Source: Felis catus
Lineage: Eukaryota
DNA length: 64,000 nt
Reading direction: 5' to 3'
Assembly: GCF_018350175.1 (NCBI RefSeq)
Contig: NC_058369.1
Coordinates: forward strand, 15,006,001 to 15,070,000
In this document: positions 36,216 through 48,170 of the stretch, piece after piece
Layout: the number at the start of each line of letters is the position of its first letter
How positions within the stretch are numbered: the stretch's first letter is position 1
Made by a program: the position numbers and the translations under genes
The notes under the pieces: generated by a model
The model's input: the letters and a program-made list of their open reading frames with translations, nothing else
What the model was told of the DNA's origin: nothing
The model's database searches: none

Positions 36216-37601
36216 TGGCACAAAAACAGACACATAGACCAATGGAATAGAATAGAAACCCCAGAACTAGACCCACAAACGTATGACCAACTCATCTTTG
36301 ACAAAGCAGGAAAGAACATCCAATGGAAAAAAGACAGCCTCTTTAACAAATGGTGCTGGGAGAACTGGACAGCAACATGCAGAAGGTTGAAACTAGACCA
36401 CTTTCTCACACCATTCACAAAAATAAACTCAAAATGGATAAAGGACCTAAATGTGAGACAGGAAACCATCAAAACCTTAGAGGAGAAAGCAGGAAAAGAC
36501 CTCTCTGACCTCAGCCGTAGCAATCTCTTACTCGACACATCCCCAAAGGCAAGGGAATTAAAAGCAAAAGTGAATTACTGGGACCTTATGAAGATAAAAA
36601 GCTTCTGCACAGCAAAGGAAACAACCAACAAAACTAAAAGGCAACCAACGGAATGGGAAAAGATATTCGCAAATGACATATTGGACAAAGGGCTAGTATC
36701 CAAAATCTATAAGAGCTCACCAAACTCCACACCCGAAAAACAAATAACCCAGTGAAGAAATGGGCAGAAAACATGAATAGACACTTCTCTAAAGAAGACA
36801 TCCGGATGGCCAACAGGCACATGAAAAGATGTTCAGCGTCGCTCCTTATCAGGGAAATACAAATCAAAACCACACTCAGGTATCACCTCACGCCAGTCAG
36901 AGTGGCCAAAATGAACAAATCAGGAGACTATAGATGCTGGAGAGGATGTGGAGAAACGGGAACCCTCTTGCACTGTTGGTGGGAATGCAAATTGGTGCAG
37001 CCGCTCTGGAAAGCAGTGTGGAGGTTCCTCAGAAAATTAAAAATAGACCTACCCTATGACCCAGCAATAGCACTGCTAGGAATTTATCCAAGGGATACAG
37101 GAGTACTGATGCATAGGGCCACTTGTACCCCAATGTTCATAGCAGCACTCTCAACAATAGCCAAATTATGGAAAGAGCCTAAATGTCCATCAACTGATGA
37201 ATGGATAAAGAAATTGTGGTTTATATACACAATGGAGTACTACGTGGCAATGAGAAAAAATGAAATATGGCCTTTTGTAGCAACGTGGATGGAACTGGAG
37301 AGTGTAATGCTAAGTGAAATAAGCCATACAGAGAAAGACAGATACCATATGGTTTCACTCTTATGTGGACCCTGAGAAATTAACAGGAACCCATGGGGTA
37401 GGGGAAGGAAAAAAAAACAGGTTAGAGTGGGAGAGAGCCAAAGCATAAGAGACTCTTAAAAACTGAGAACAAACTGAGGGTTGATGGGGGGTGGGAGGGA
37501 GGAGAGGGTGGGTGATGGGTATTGAGGAGGGCACCTTTTGGGATGAGCACTGGGTGTTGTATGGAAACCAATTTGTCAATAAACTTCATATAAAAAAAAA
37601 A
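36216..37601 (+). mobile_element. 5'-truncated young LINE-1 (felid/carnivore L1): ORF2 C-terminus, 3' UTR and polyA; antisense in CDCP1 intron 2
   Basis: Translates [14 protein letters not shown]...[21 protein letters not shown]...[25 protein letters not shown] (ORF2 CCHC knuckle); stop at 37373-37375; G-rich 3' UTR, aataaa and A tail. 14-bp TSD aaaacaaagcaaga at 36202-36215 and 37602-37615, at a TT/AAAA site. Confidence 0.96.
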
Positions 37602-38307
37602 AAAACAAAGCAAGAACGCTGTTCTCGAGGAGGAAGGAAGCACGTGGAAGCAGGGACAGAGAGCAGACACAGAATAGTAAGGCTTCCGTCGTCTCCCGTG
37701 CAGGGAATCTGAACGGTGCCTTGGCTTCCGGCCACTCTAAGGGGACCCTTCGAACCCTTACTGCTGCTCCAGTGGGGTGTCCAAAAGCACCGGCAATGTG
37801 AAGCGGGATCATGGGAGTCTTTCAGAGCTGTCTGAGGACCCCCCGAGGTCGTTCACGCCCAAACACTCATTTTTGCAAAGCAGTCCTGGAACCTCGGTGT
37901 CAAGTGTGTTTGCAACGCACAGCCCCCCAGGAGGAAAGCCCGGGCCGTGGCTGGTCCGCCCAAGTTCATGCCAGCACAGTGTGCTGCCTGACCTACGAAA
38001 CAGGGTTAGATAACAAGGTGACGGAGTTGGCTAAAATCAGATTTTGTGTGTGGGTAAGGATAGTACCTGTTTTTAGGAGCTCGGGGAAACTCCGCTCCGT
38101 GAAGCCGTTTCTTTCTGGGCTTTGCAGCCACGCCTCCAGTGTGCCCAGGGCCCCATGGAGTGGCTCCTGCTGGGCTCCTGTGGGCTCCCTTCACCCTATT
38201 TAGACAGTGGTTTTCTTTTTTAGGCTCTGGCGCATTTTGATATGAGGGTTGGAAGAGCTTTATTCCATGAGTCGGGAAATGCCACCTCTTCCTGTGCTCT
38301 AGAACAG

Positions 38308-38520
38308 GGAGGGGGTCAGCAAATCACAGCTCGTGGGCTCAGTCCAGCCCAATACCTGCTACTGAGAAGAGACATGTGGGACGGCGCTGCCCATACGTTT
38401 AGCTATTTTCCGTGGCTGATTTTGTGCTGTCCCAGCGCGGAGCTCAGTGGTTGGGCGGAGACGCTCTGAGATATTCACCATCCCGTCTTTTACAGAAAAC
38501 GTTTGCCAACCCTCTCCTAG
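38308..38520 (+). mobile_element. MER58A-like hAT DNA transposon relic
   Basis: ggggtcagcaaatcacagctcgtgggc ... gatattcaccatcccgtcttttacagaaaacgtttgccaaccctc (imperfect TIR ggggtcagcaaa/tttgccaaccc). Confidence 0.6.
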
Positions 38521-39904
38521 AATGTTCTTTTTTTTTTTTTAATTTGAAGAGGACACGGAGAGAGGGAGAATCCCAAACAAAATCCAAAATCAAGAGTCGG
38601 GTACTCAACTGACTGAGCCACCCAGGTGCCCCTAGAACGGTTTAAATATTATAGAAATGATCTTCTCCTCGATGTATTATAGGATCCTCTATGAAACCAT
38701 CTCTAATAAACCCAAACCCCACTTTCCTCCATCTTGCACATTTTTTTCCAACCTCCTCCTCGGTTATTTATTGATTTGGGTTTCCTACCTTTCTATGAGT
38801 CAATCTGGCTCACTGAATTTTCCCTGAAAATTATTCCTTTTATTCAGATTTTCACATTTCTACCATAATGCTGGACACAGTCTATTTTAGAAATCGCCTC
38901 TGTAAATGTCACGAAAGCAACACTTAGCCTTTCAAAGCTGTACATTTGTATCTTCTCTGTCTTTTTCCCAGCAGACTAGTCAGAGATCTGTCTATTTAAT
39001 TAGTCTTTATAGAGAACCACACCTTAGCTTTAGTTACCAGATGGAGTTTCAACAGCTGCTGGTAAGCACTTTAATTTCTTTTCTTTTTCTGATTGCCTTC
39101 TTCCTAAGGTTTATTTTACCCCTTTCCTTGCTTATCTATTGCCTGATTCATTTATTTTCAATGGAAAGCAAAGAAATTTAAAAAAACTTAATGTTTATTT
39201 ATTTTTGAGAGAGAGAGAGAGAGAGAGAGCAGGTGAGCAGGGGAGAGGCAGAGAGTGAGAGAGACATAGAATCTGAAGCAGGCTCCAGGCTCTGAGCTGT
39301 CAGCACAGAGCCCGACACGGGGCTCGAACTCAGAAACCGTGAGATCGTGACCTGAGCCGAAGTCGGACGCTCAACCCACTGAGCCACCCAGATGCTCCAG
39401 CAAAGACATTTTTTGAGTATGGCTTTGATTGGATCCCAAATAGTGCTCTCCTTGATGTTACGACATCTGTATGAGTAGCTGGCATGCCCACCTTAAAACG
39501 ACTAGGAAATCACACATTTAATTCTTTCTGCCTGGTTATTATATCTTATGTTAATCTCTCATCCCAAGTTCAAGTTGTGAGTAATACTAATAATGTCAGA
39601 GTCATCGTTTGTTGAATCCTTGTGTGTCAAACATCATCAGTGTATTAGTTTATTTCACCCTCATGAGAACCCTACTGGTTGGTACAATGACTCTTGTTTC
39701 ACAGACTAAAAAAACTAAGTCACAAAGCAGTTAAGTGACTTATACAAAGCCATGTGATGAGCTCACATGACCAGGAGCCTGAAGCTTGAAGCCAGACCAG
39801 ATCCCTCAGCCTCAAAAATTCTGTTTTTCCCCATCGTGCTTCGCGGACCCTCCTCTCCACCCTTATCTGCTCAACCCTCCAATTCCTTTTCTTTTTTTAA
39901 AAAG

Positions 39905-40105
39905 GTTTTATTTTTAAGTCATCTCTACATCCAACATGGGACTCAAACAGAATAGTAAGGCTGATCAAGCCTTACTTGAACGGAAGCCAAGGCACCGTTC
40001 AGATTCCCTGCACGGGAGACGACGGAAGCCTTACTATTCTGTGAGATCAAGCCCTCTGAGATCAAGAGTTGCACGTTCCACCCGACTAGGCCAGCCAGGC
40101 GCCCC
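39905..40105 (-). mobile_element. Short (old-type) CanSINE interrupted by a complex templated insertion
   Basis: 3' half tttatttttaagtcatctctacatccaacatgggactcaaac and 5' half tgagatcaagagttgcacgttccacccgactaggccagccaggcgcccc flank ~105 bp of foreign sequence. Confidence 0.85.
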
Positions 40106-40555
40106 TCCAATTTCTTTGTCTTCCAACTCCTTGCTTTTTGCTCCTTGTCGGCAAAATTTTAGCCTACAATTAAATTAGTTTAAATTTGAGGGGCGCCTGG
40201 GTGGCTCAGCCGGTTGAGCGTCCGACTTCGGCTCAGGTCATGATCTCACGGTTCATGAGTTCGAGCCCCGTGTCAGGCTCTGTGCTGACAGCTCGGAGCC
40301 TGGAGCCTGCTTCGGATTCTGTATCTCCTCTCTCTGCCCCTTCCCAGCTCACGCTCTCTCTCTCTCTCTGTCTCTCCAAAATGAATAAATGGTAAAAAAA
40401 TTAAAAAATAATAAATTAGTTGAAATTTGAGTTAAATTAGCTTTAAGGTTTTCGTTTAAAAACTTTGAACCTCAGTTGAAAAACACTTTAGCACATCAGC
40501 TGGAGCATCCCAGACCTGAAGATCTGAAGTTCTATCAAGAAACAGTGTGGTGGGC

Positions 40556-40780
40556 GGGGCGCCTGGGTGGCGCAGTCGGTTAAGCGTCTGACTTCAGCCA
40601 GGTCACGATCTCGCGGCCCGTGAGTTCGAGCCCCGCGTCGGGCTCTGGGCTGATGGCTCAGAGCCTGGAGCCTGTTTCCGATTCTGTGTCTCCCTCTCTC
40701 TCTGCCCCTCCCCTGTTCATGCTCTGTCTCTCTCTGTCCCAAAAATAAATAAACGTTGAAAAAAAAAATTTTTTAAAAAA
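40556..40780 (+). mobile_element. Young felid CanSINE
   Basis: Same subfamily; TSD aagaaacagtgtggtggg. Confidence 0.95.
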
Positions 40781-40997
40781 AGAAACAGTGTGGTGGGGCG
40801 CCTGCGGGGGTTGGGGGAGGCTCAGTCTGTCCGGCGTCTGACTCTTGATTTTGGCTCAGGTTACAATCTCATGGTTTGTGAGACTGAGCCCCGCCTTGGG
40901 CTCTGCCCTGACCAAGGGGAGCCTGCTTGGAGTTCTCTGTCTCCTCCCTCCCTCCTGTCTGCCCCTCCCCCTCTTGTGCACTCGAGTGCATGCTCTA

Positions 40998-41030
40998 AAT
41001 GAATGAATGAATGAATGAATGAATGAATGA
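40998..41030. repeat. (GAAT)n tetranucleotide repeat forming a SINE tail
   Basis: Direct inspection. Confidence 0.9.
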
Positions 41031-41298
41031 AAAGTGGTGCAACACAGTGGTGGCTTGTCATGCTGCTCTAGTCACTATGTCATTTTAGGCAAGTTACTGT
41101 CTTGGTGAGTTTCTCACAGGGCTGTTTTGGAGATTCAAGACCTTAACCTGTGTAAAGCACTCAGAACCATACGTGGCCACATAACAGCTAAACAGAGCGT
41201 GGAGTTTCAGAACAGCTCTTACCTCCCTAGCATTAGAGACCGGCTCAGCACCGGAAAGAGAGGCAGGGAGGCCAAACAGGTCACGAGTGTGTACTTAC

Positions 41299-41508
41299 CA
41301 ATATTCTTCTGGATCTCGATGACAAAGTGCTTCTCTGGGTCCCGGCAGTTAAAGGAAAAGACCGCCTTTTCTCCGGATTTGATGGTCAATGTGGTTAAGT
41401 GTCCTTTAGTACTGATGATGTAACAGGGTTTCACCGGCAGCGTGGGGATCCCAGGTTTTATGAGAACCGTAATGCCACTTCCGTGTGGCAGAGCAATCTC
41501 GGAAGCTT
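41299..41508 (-). CDS. CDCP1: CDCP1 coding exon 2 (210 nt, phase 1-1): (E)ASEIALPHGSGITVLIKPGIPTLPVKPCYIISTKGHLTTLTIKSGEKAVFSFNCRDPEKHFVIEIQKNI
   Basis: Acceptor tccttcttccag|AA, donor G|gtaagt; lies within ORF 41219..41605; resembles the N-terminus of mature CDCP1. Confidence 0.96.
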
Positions 41509-43929
41509 CTGGAAGAAGGAAGAAAAACGGGAGTGAGCAGGAGGCTTTAGATCTCCAAACGTGCTGCCCTCCCCCTCCCCCCCGCTGGTCCAGGGAGCCC
41601 CCCACTTTGACACCTTTGTTCCCTCCCTCCTGGTCTGAGAAGGAGAGTGATGTAAAATAAAATGTCAGTGCTGTCCTTACCGATGGGAAAGTGCCAGGCT
41701 ATGGCCGATGGGGTGCTGACAAGTATCTCTTGTTTGCTTTATTGAAAAAAATTTTTTTTTTAAGTTTATTGATTTTTGAGAGACAGAGCATGAGCGGGGG
41801 AGGGACAGAGAGAGAGGGAGACACGGAATCCGAAACGGGCTCCAGGCTCCGAGCTGTCAGCGCAGAGCCCAATGCGGGGTCTGAACCTGAGCCGAAGTCG
41901 GATGGTTAACCGACTGAGCCAACCAGGTACCCCTCGTTTGCTTTATTAATGTTTCTAAAAATTAAAAACACTGCACCACATCCTAGATGCCTTGAGCAGT
42001 ATATATTCACGTACCCCATCTGTGCAGCATTAAACAGCAATCAGAGACACTGTCACACCTCTTCTCAATATGACCAGAGACGAAAGTCCACGTACAGTCT
42101 ATGTACACAGGGACATATTTGTTTGCAACGAGTCGCTGTCTCCTGCCCTGAGCGCTTCACATGCCCAGGATATGCCTATATTCAGTAGTGGAGGCTAGGA
42201 AAATGTTTGCAGAAATTAGATACAAACATGTTGTGTCAACCAACTTTGACAGAGCTGAAGAGCGCTAATACTGTAGACTGGGGTTCTGCAAAATGATCTG
42301 AATGGACAACACCAAGCCGGCGAGACGGCGGTTGATCATTGAACAGAGGGGTACGTACCGGTCAGGACGGGGCCCTGATTCATGAACAAGTGCCATCTCG
42401 GCCCCTTCTGTGACTTGGGTCCTGATCTGGGGTCTCTGAGTAGCTGACGGCCTGGGGGCAGCGGATCATGGGGCAGTCATGTGTAGGGGAGTCCCGTGGA
42501 GGGAACCCAGGGGCTCGTGGAGACGTGCGGGGCTGATGTGGGTGTTCTGTTCCACCATGTTCTGGCACAAAGGACGCTTAGTACCTGTTATGACACCTGC
42601 TCATGGAAGGCGCCCAGTAAGTCTTCAGCCAATGAATCAATAGCAATCTAACCAGCTATGCCTTTCCCACCCTTTTAAAAAATTTATTTTGGGGCCCCTG
42701 GGTGGCTCAGTCATTTACGCATCTGACTTCAGCTCAGGTCATGATCTCGCGGTCCGTGAGTTCGAGCCCCGCGTCAGGCTCTGTGCTGACAGCTCAGAGC
42801 CCGGAGCCTGCTTCGGATTCTGTGTCTCCCTCTCTCTCTGCCCCTCCCCTGCTCTCACTCTGTCTCTCTCTGTCTCTCAAACGTGAATAAATGTTAAAAA
42901 AAAAAAACTTTTTAAAAGCAAATTTATTAAGGGGCGCCTGGGTGGCTCAGTTGGTTAAGCGTCCGACTCTTGTTTTCGGTTCAGGTCATGACCTCATGGT
43001 TCGTGGGTTCCAGCCCCCACCCAGGGCTTGGTGCTGAACGTGAAGCCTGCTTGGGATTCTCTCTCTCCCCCTCTCTCTGCCCCTCCCCTGCTCACGTGAG
43101 TACGTGCTGTGTCTCTCTCGGGCACTCTCTCTCTCAAAATAAAAAATAAATAAAATCAACTTTATTGAGCTGTAGTTTACGTACATTAAAAAGGACCCAC
43201 TCATTTTAAGAGTTTTAACATGACCACTATCACAATCAAGATCTGAAAAATTTTTATGGTCCCTAAACGTTTGTGAGATCAATCCACTGTTCCCTACTTG
43301 GTTTCTTTTTATTCCTAAGTAGTGTTGTATTATCTGTGTAGACCACGGTGTATTTATTTCCATGCACCTGTTGGGTGACAAGTGAGTTCCTTCCAGTTTT
43401 TTGCCCAGCCCCTTGCTTCATTTGGATCAAAACTGCTAGCCTGCATGAGGGCTACACGCACTTTCCTCCCATGGGAAGGTATGAACCCACTTGCACTCCC
43501 CAGGCCAGCAGCTACGTGATAACATGTTGGGACTTCCGTCAGCCTCTTCTTGAACCTCTCTCCCCCTTGTTCGCTCTGCTCTGGCCTGACCAGCCAGCCG
43601 CTCTTGACGTAGTGTGGAAGTTGATCCCTCGGTCTGTGATAGTGAACTGCAAATATCTTGTCCGTTTTTATCGGTAAGAACTTTACCCTCTTTGGGCCTC
43701 CGTTCCTCCATTTATAAAAGGAGGGGGCTAGGCCAGAAAAAAATCAACCATTTCCTGCCAGCTCCCAGTCTGTGATCTGTACCTGAGAAAGAAGTGACTT
43801 TGCAACTGTACGCATTCCCAGCCCCCTGCCCGGCAGCGACACACGTCTCAGGGCACCAGGACACCAGCTCAGCTGCCTTCCTGACTTTGCTTTCAAGACG
43901 GCCTCGGTTTGCATTTTTGGAGCAAAATG

Positions 43930-44370
43930 TCTTAATCTCTCCAGCTTCAGCTTGTACCCCTCTCTGCTTTGGTCACCGTGCTCAGTGACCACCTTTGCCT
44001 TCTTTCTTGACCACACAAACCTCTCTCCCACCCCCAGGGCCTTTGCACGTGCTGGTCCTGGTTTCTATGAAGCTGTTTCTCTAGCAAGAGCTGGGTCCTT
44101 TTGGTCCTTCCAGTCTCAGCTCAAAGGTCATGTCTTCAGAGTGACCTTCCCTGACCAGCCTCCTCCAGTGCTCCCCTCCTCCCCCACCCCCAGTCTTCCT
44201 GCTTTTATGTCCCTCCCTGCTCTAGTCTTTGAGAGTGTTCATTTGTTTTCGCCTCCTATGATCAGAACGGGAGCACCTTCCTACTGGAAGGCAGCAGGAA
44301 TCTCCCTGTCCTTTTCGGTGGTGGCCTCGGGATCCAGACAGTGCCTGCTGTCCCCATGGAGGCTGAAGTG
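43930..44370 (+). mobile_element. L2 LINE 3' end relic
   Basis: ccagggcctttgcacgtgctggtcc...tccttccagtctcagctcaaaggtcatgtcttcagagtgaccttccctgacca. Confidence 0.65.
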
Positions 44371-45600
44371 ACGTTTAAAATCTTCAGGGACGGATCTGAA
44401 GGCTCGGGGACTCTCTAAGACATCAGGTGAAAATGAATCCAGGGGCACGTGGGAGGCTCAGTCGGTTAAGCGGCTGCCTTCGGCTCAGGTCATGATCTCG
44501 CGGTTCGTGAGTTTGAGCCTTGCATCAGGCTCTCTGCTGTGTGTGCAGAGCCCTCTTCAGATCCTCTGTCTCCCTCTCTCTCTGCCCCTCCCTGCTTGTG
44601 TGCACCTGTGCGTTCTCTCTCTCTCTCAAAACTAAATAAAAACTTAAAATGAATCCAGATGCGTGTTCGGAAACCCAGTTGCCAGCCTTCCACGCAAGCG
44701 GTATATGTCAACCTTGTGTTCTTTTTCTGTAGTCGTGAAAACGTCTTACCACGTTATTGGTAAAAAAAAAATTCCTGGGACACCTAGTCCCGGGAGGCAT
44801 GGCATGCTCTCTACGGCCTCCGACCCCGGGTCTCTGGTGGGGCTAATTCATTGCACCCAGTGTCTGGACTGCAGCCCAGCTTAGCCAGGTTATCACCTTC
44901 CTCCCCATTCTCACTTCTCTTCTGTCTCTGTTTACACCCTTTGGCCACAGCATTATTTCAAAATTCCTGACTCCAGGGCCACCTGGGTGACTCAGTTGGT
45001 TAAACATCTGATTTCGGCTCAGGTCACGATCTCGAAGTTTGTGGGTTCGAGGGCCGCGTCAGGCTCTGTGCTGTGAGCTCGGAGTCTGCTTTGGATCCCC
45101 TGTTTCCCTCTCTCTCTCTCTCTCTCTCTGCTCCTCCCCTGCTCCTGCTCTTTCTCTCTCAAAAACAAACAAGCAGTAGAAAAACACATCCTGACTCTAC
45201 AATTATTATGGTTATTTTAATTAAGTGGTAGACCCTAAGCAGCCCAGCAGTTGCCTAATGCTGGAGGTGGGGGCAGGGGGCAGAGGAGTCTTTGCAGGAT
45301 GGGAGGACCATTCTGTGTCTTGACCATGGAGGTGACTGCGCATTGCACACAAATGCCACAACTCATCAAACTGTACACTTAAAATTGGTGAAGTTTATTA
45401 TATGGAACTTATGCCTTAATAAACTAAAAAGAGGAAAAAAACGTGTGTTAGAAAGATTGTGTTACTGCATAAAGTAGGCACTTAATAAATGACTAAAGGA
45501 GTAGTCGTGACCACAGTTAAAATATTGCTTAATAAAATCTTGGGGGTGGGCCTTGTTTCTCTCGTGGCATGTGTAATATTTTAAAATATCCCTAAATTAT

Positions 45601-45850
45601 GGGGCGCCTGGGTGGCGCAGTCGGTTAAGCGTCCAACTTCAGCCAGGTCACGATCTCGCGGTCCGGGAGTTCGAGCCCCGCGTCGGGCTCTGGGCTGATG
45701 GCTCAGAGCCTGGAGCCTGTTTCTGATTCTGTGTCTCCCTCTCTCTCTGCCCCTCCCCCGTTCATGCTCTGTCTCTCTCTGTCCCAAAAATAAATAAACG
45801 TTGAAAAAAAAATTAAAAAAAAAATTTAAAAAAAAGTAAAATAAAATAAA
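45601..45850 (+). mobile_element. Young felid CanSINE
   Basis: Same subfamily; TSD aaaatatccctaaatta. Confidence 0.95.
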
Positions 45851-47984
45851 ATAAAATATCCCTAAATTAGATCTGGAGAACAAAACTGATCTCACTACAA
45901 TGCCTCCACTTGCTTTTCTTTTTCTTTAAAACATTTTTTAAAAAAATATTTATTTATTTTTGAAGAGAGAGACAGACAGAGTGTGCATGGGGAGGGGCAG
46001 AGAGGGAGACACAGAATCCAAAGCAGGCTCCAGGCTCCAGCTGTCAGCACAGAGCCGGACAAGGGGCTCGAACCCACGGACCGCAAGATCATGACCTGAG
46101 CTGAAGTTGGATGCTTAAATGACTGAACCACCCAGGCACCCCATCAGCTTTTCTCTCCTGCTTCCAGGCAGGTCAGTACCCCCAACTAATTCTGGGTATA
46201 CAACAATCTGTTTTACTATTAGTGACAGTCCGGGAAAAGTGGACAATCTTTTTTAGCAAAGTTTTTTTCTTTCAGACTCTATGAAATCACGTATTCATTC
46301 AACAAACATCGTCTGGGTTAATAGTATGTTCTAGGAAACCATACTTGGTACACATGATTTCATGACAAAAATTGCTGGAGTTCCTGCCCCCAGGGCGTTA
46401 ACAGTCCAGACTGGGGGTTTCTAAAAGGCCTCTGGAGGGCTTTAAGAATGATGAAGTCCCAATCGGACCTAGAGATTTCTACCGGAAACACTTTTTTTCT
46501 GTCTCTGCTGGGATTCACTTCTACTATTTTTTTTCCATATGGAAAGCCAGCTCTAATTATTGAATACACCAATCCTTCCTTCACAAATCGCTAATGCTAC
46601 CTCTGTTACATGTACCTATCATGTTTATTTATTTTTGAGAGAGAGACAGAGTGCGAGAAGGGGAGGGTCAGAGAGAGAGGGAGGCACAGAATTGGAAGCA
46701 GGTTCCAGGCCCTGAGCTGTCAGCACAGAGCCCGACACGGGGCTCGAACCCACGGACCGTGAGATCATGACCCGAGCCGAAGTCGGCCGCTTAACCGACT
46801 GAGCCACCCAGGCGCCCCTATATTTTTTATTTTGGGTCAAAATAACCTAGATTTACATTCTAACTCATTCTGCAAACAAAGAAGATGAAGCTTTGAAAGG
46901 GTTAAATGACTCACTTCAGTTGTACTTTATCATCTCACAGTGTTTCTTTGTTCTGCCTCCCAGGTGACCCCGCCCCCCGCCCCCCCAGCACATTCTACTG
47001 CCCAGCAGTGGTTCATAGCTCTCCTTTAGTACCCCAGACCAGAGAATCTCCACCTGGCTTCCTCGCCCACAGGAAACACGTGCAAGAAAGCCAAGGCCCT
47101 TTGCAGCAGGAGGGGACGATTTACATGACAGGCTGTTTCCTAAGGTCACAGCCAAGGACACATTACCCACAGGACAGCCCTCCTCATCTTCAGTGATGAA
47201 TATATTAGCAGAAGGGGGAGATGGGGAGCGAGAGGCTGATGACCCAACTTTGTACCCACTTGAAATCCAGAATCCCCCCCTCCTCCGCCTCCCCCGCCCC
47301 CAGCCCTTCCATTCAGTGGCAGAGAGACCCCTCATTGCTTGAGTGAAATCACTTAAAACTCATCACAGATGCTCGGAGTCTGAGAACGTCATGTTGCGTG
47401 CACATTTCTGTCTTCTGCATTCCCCACCATTAATCATACCATGAAATCGGAAATTCCAACACCGTGGAATAAATCTCAGCCTCCCACCACGGCCACCGCC
47501 CACCGGGTCAGCACATCTGAGTGTTTGACAGACGTGCTGTAATTTACAGAAAGTGGTTGGGTGGGGTGCGGGTAGGGGCGCCTGGGTGGCTCAGTCAGGT
47601 GAGCGTCCGACTTCGGCTCCGGTCATGATCTCACGGTCCGTGAGTTCGAGCCCCTCATTGGGCTCTGTGCTGACAGCTCGGAGCCTGGAGCCTGCTTCCG
47701 ATTCTGTGTCTCCCTCTCTCTCTGCCCCTCTCCCGCTCACACTCTGTCTCTCTGTGTCTCAAAAATAAATACACACTTAAAGAAAGTGGTTGGGCTTTTT
47801 CTTCTTCACCATCTCTTTCTTTTGCCTCCCCAGGAACTTGGTATTTCTCTGGTGTAGTAATTTTGGAAGATCTATTACCCAGGTTCACAGAAACTCAGAC
47901 AAAGCTCCAGATTCTGGCGTGATTTCCAGGTCTTCCGAGTGGAAAGAAATCCAAGCCAAGTCAAGCCCAGCCTCGTGGAAAGCA

Positions 47985-48170
47985 GCGAGCGGGCTCGCGG
48001 GCTCCGGGCGTTCGGGAAACCTTGCAGGCGCCGGGCTTGGGGTCATGAATCACACCTCTCCTCACTCTCCTGCCTTCCGACCACTCCTTATTAGGATAAC
48101 TTCGCTAGTTTCTGCCTCACCAGCGGCATCTCAGGCGGGAATTTCCAATTGGTTTAATCACCATTCATTA
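47985..48170. promoter_or_regulatory. Candidate intron-1 enhancer (locally CpG-rich; kB and AP-1-like motifs)
   Basis: Non-repetitive; GGGAATTTCC at 48137-48146, TGAATCA at 48046-48052, several CpGs. Motif evidence only. Confidence 0.3.

Larger units (their letters stand above)
10565..41508 (-). other. CDCP1: CDCP1 transcription unit, exons 2-9 plus 3' UTR (exon 1 outside the window; intron 1 continues to the window end)
   Basis: Eight GT-AG exons join in frame (210+363+369+222+381+366+88+415 nt). They encode CUB-like extracellular regions, one TM helix and a cytoplasmic tail with HVYAVI/MVYGHL/DTYRPF, matching human CDCP1 as recalled. The lower boundary is estimated from the polyA signal. 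Confidence 0.97.

Noticed and set aside
36387..37375. Functional L1 ORF2 or independent gene
   Set aside because: 5'-truncated and frameshifted near 36711; only the C-terminal part of ORF2 is present.
37668..40043. A 2.3-kb inversion or DNA transposon bounded by 63-bp inverted repeats
   Set aside because: The SINE hosting the right-hand copy is collinear on both sides of the insert and there is no flanking TSD, so templated insertion fits better.
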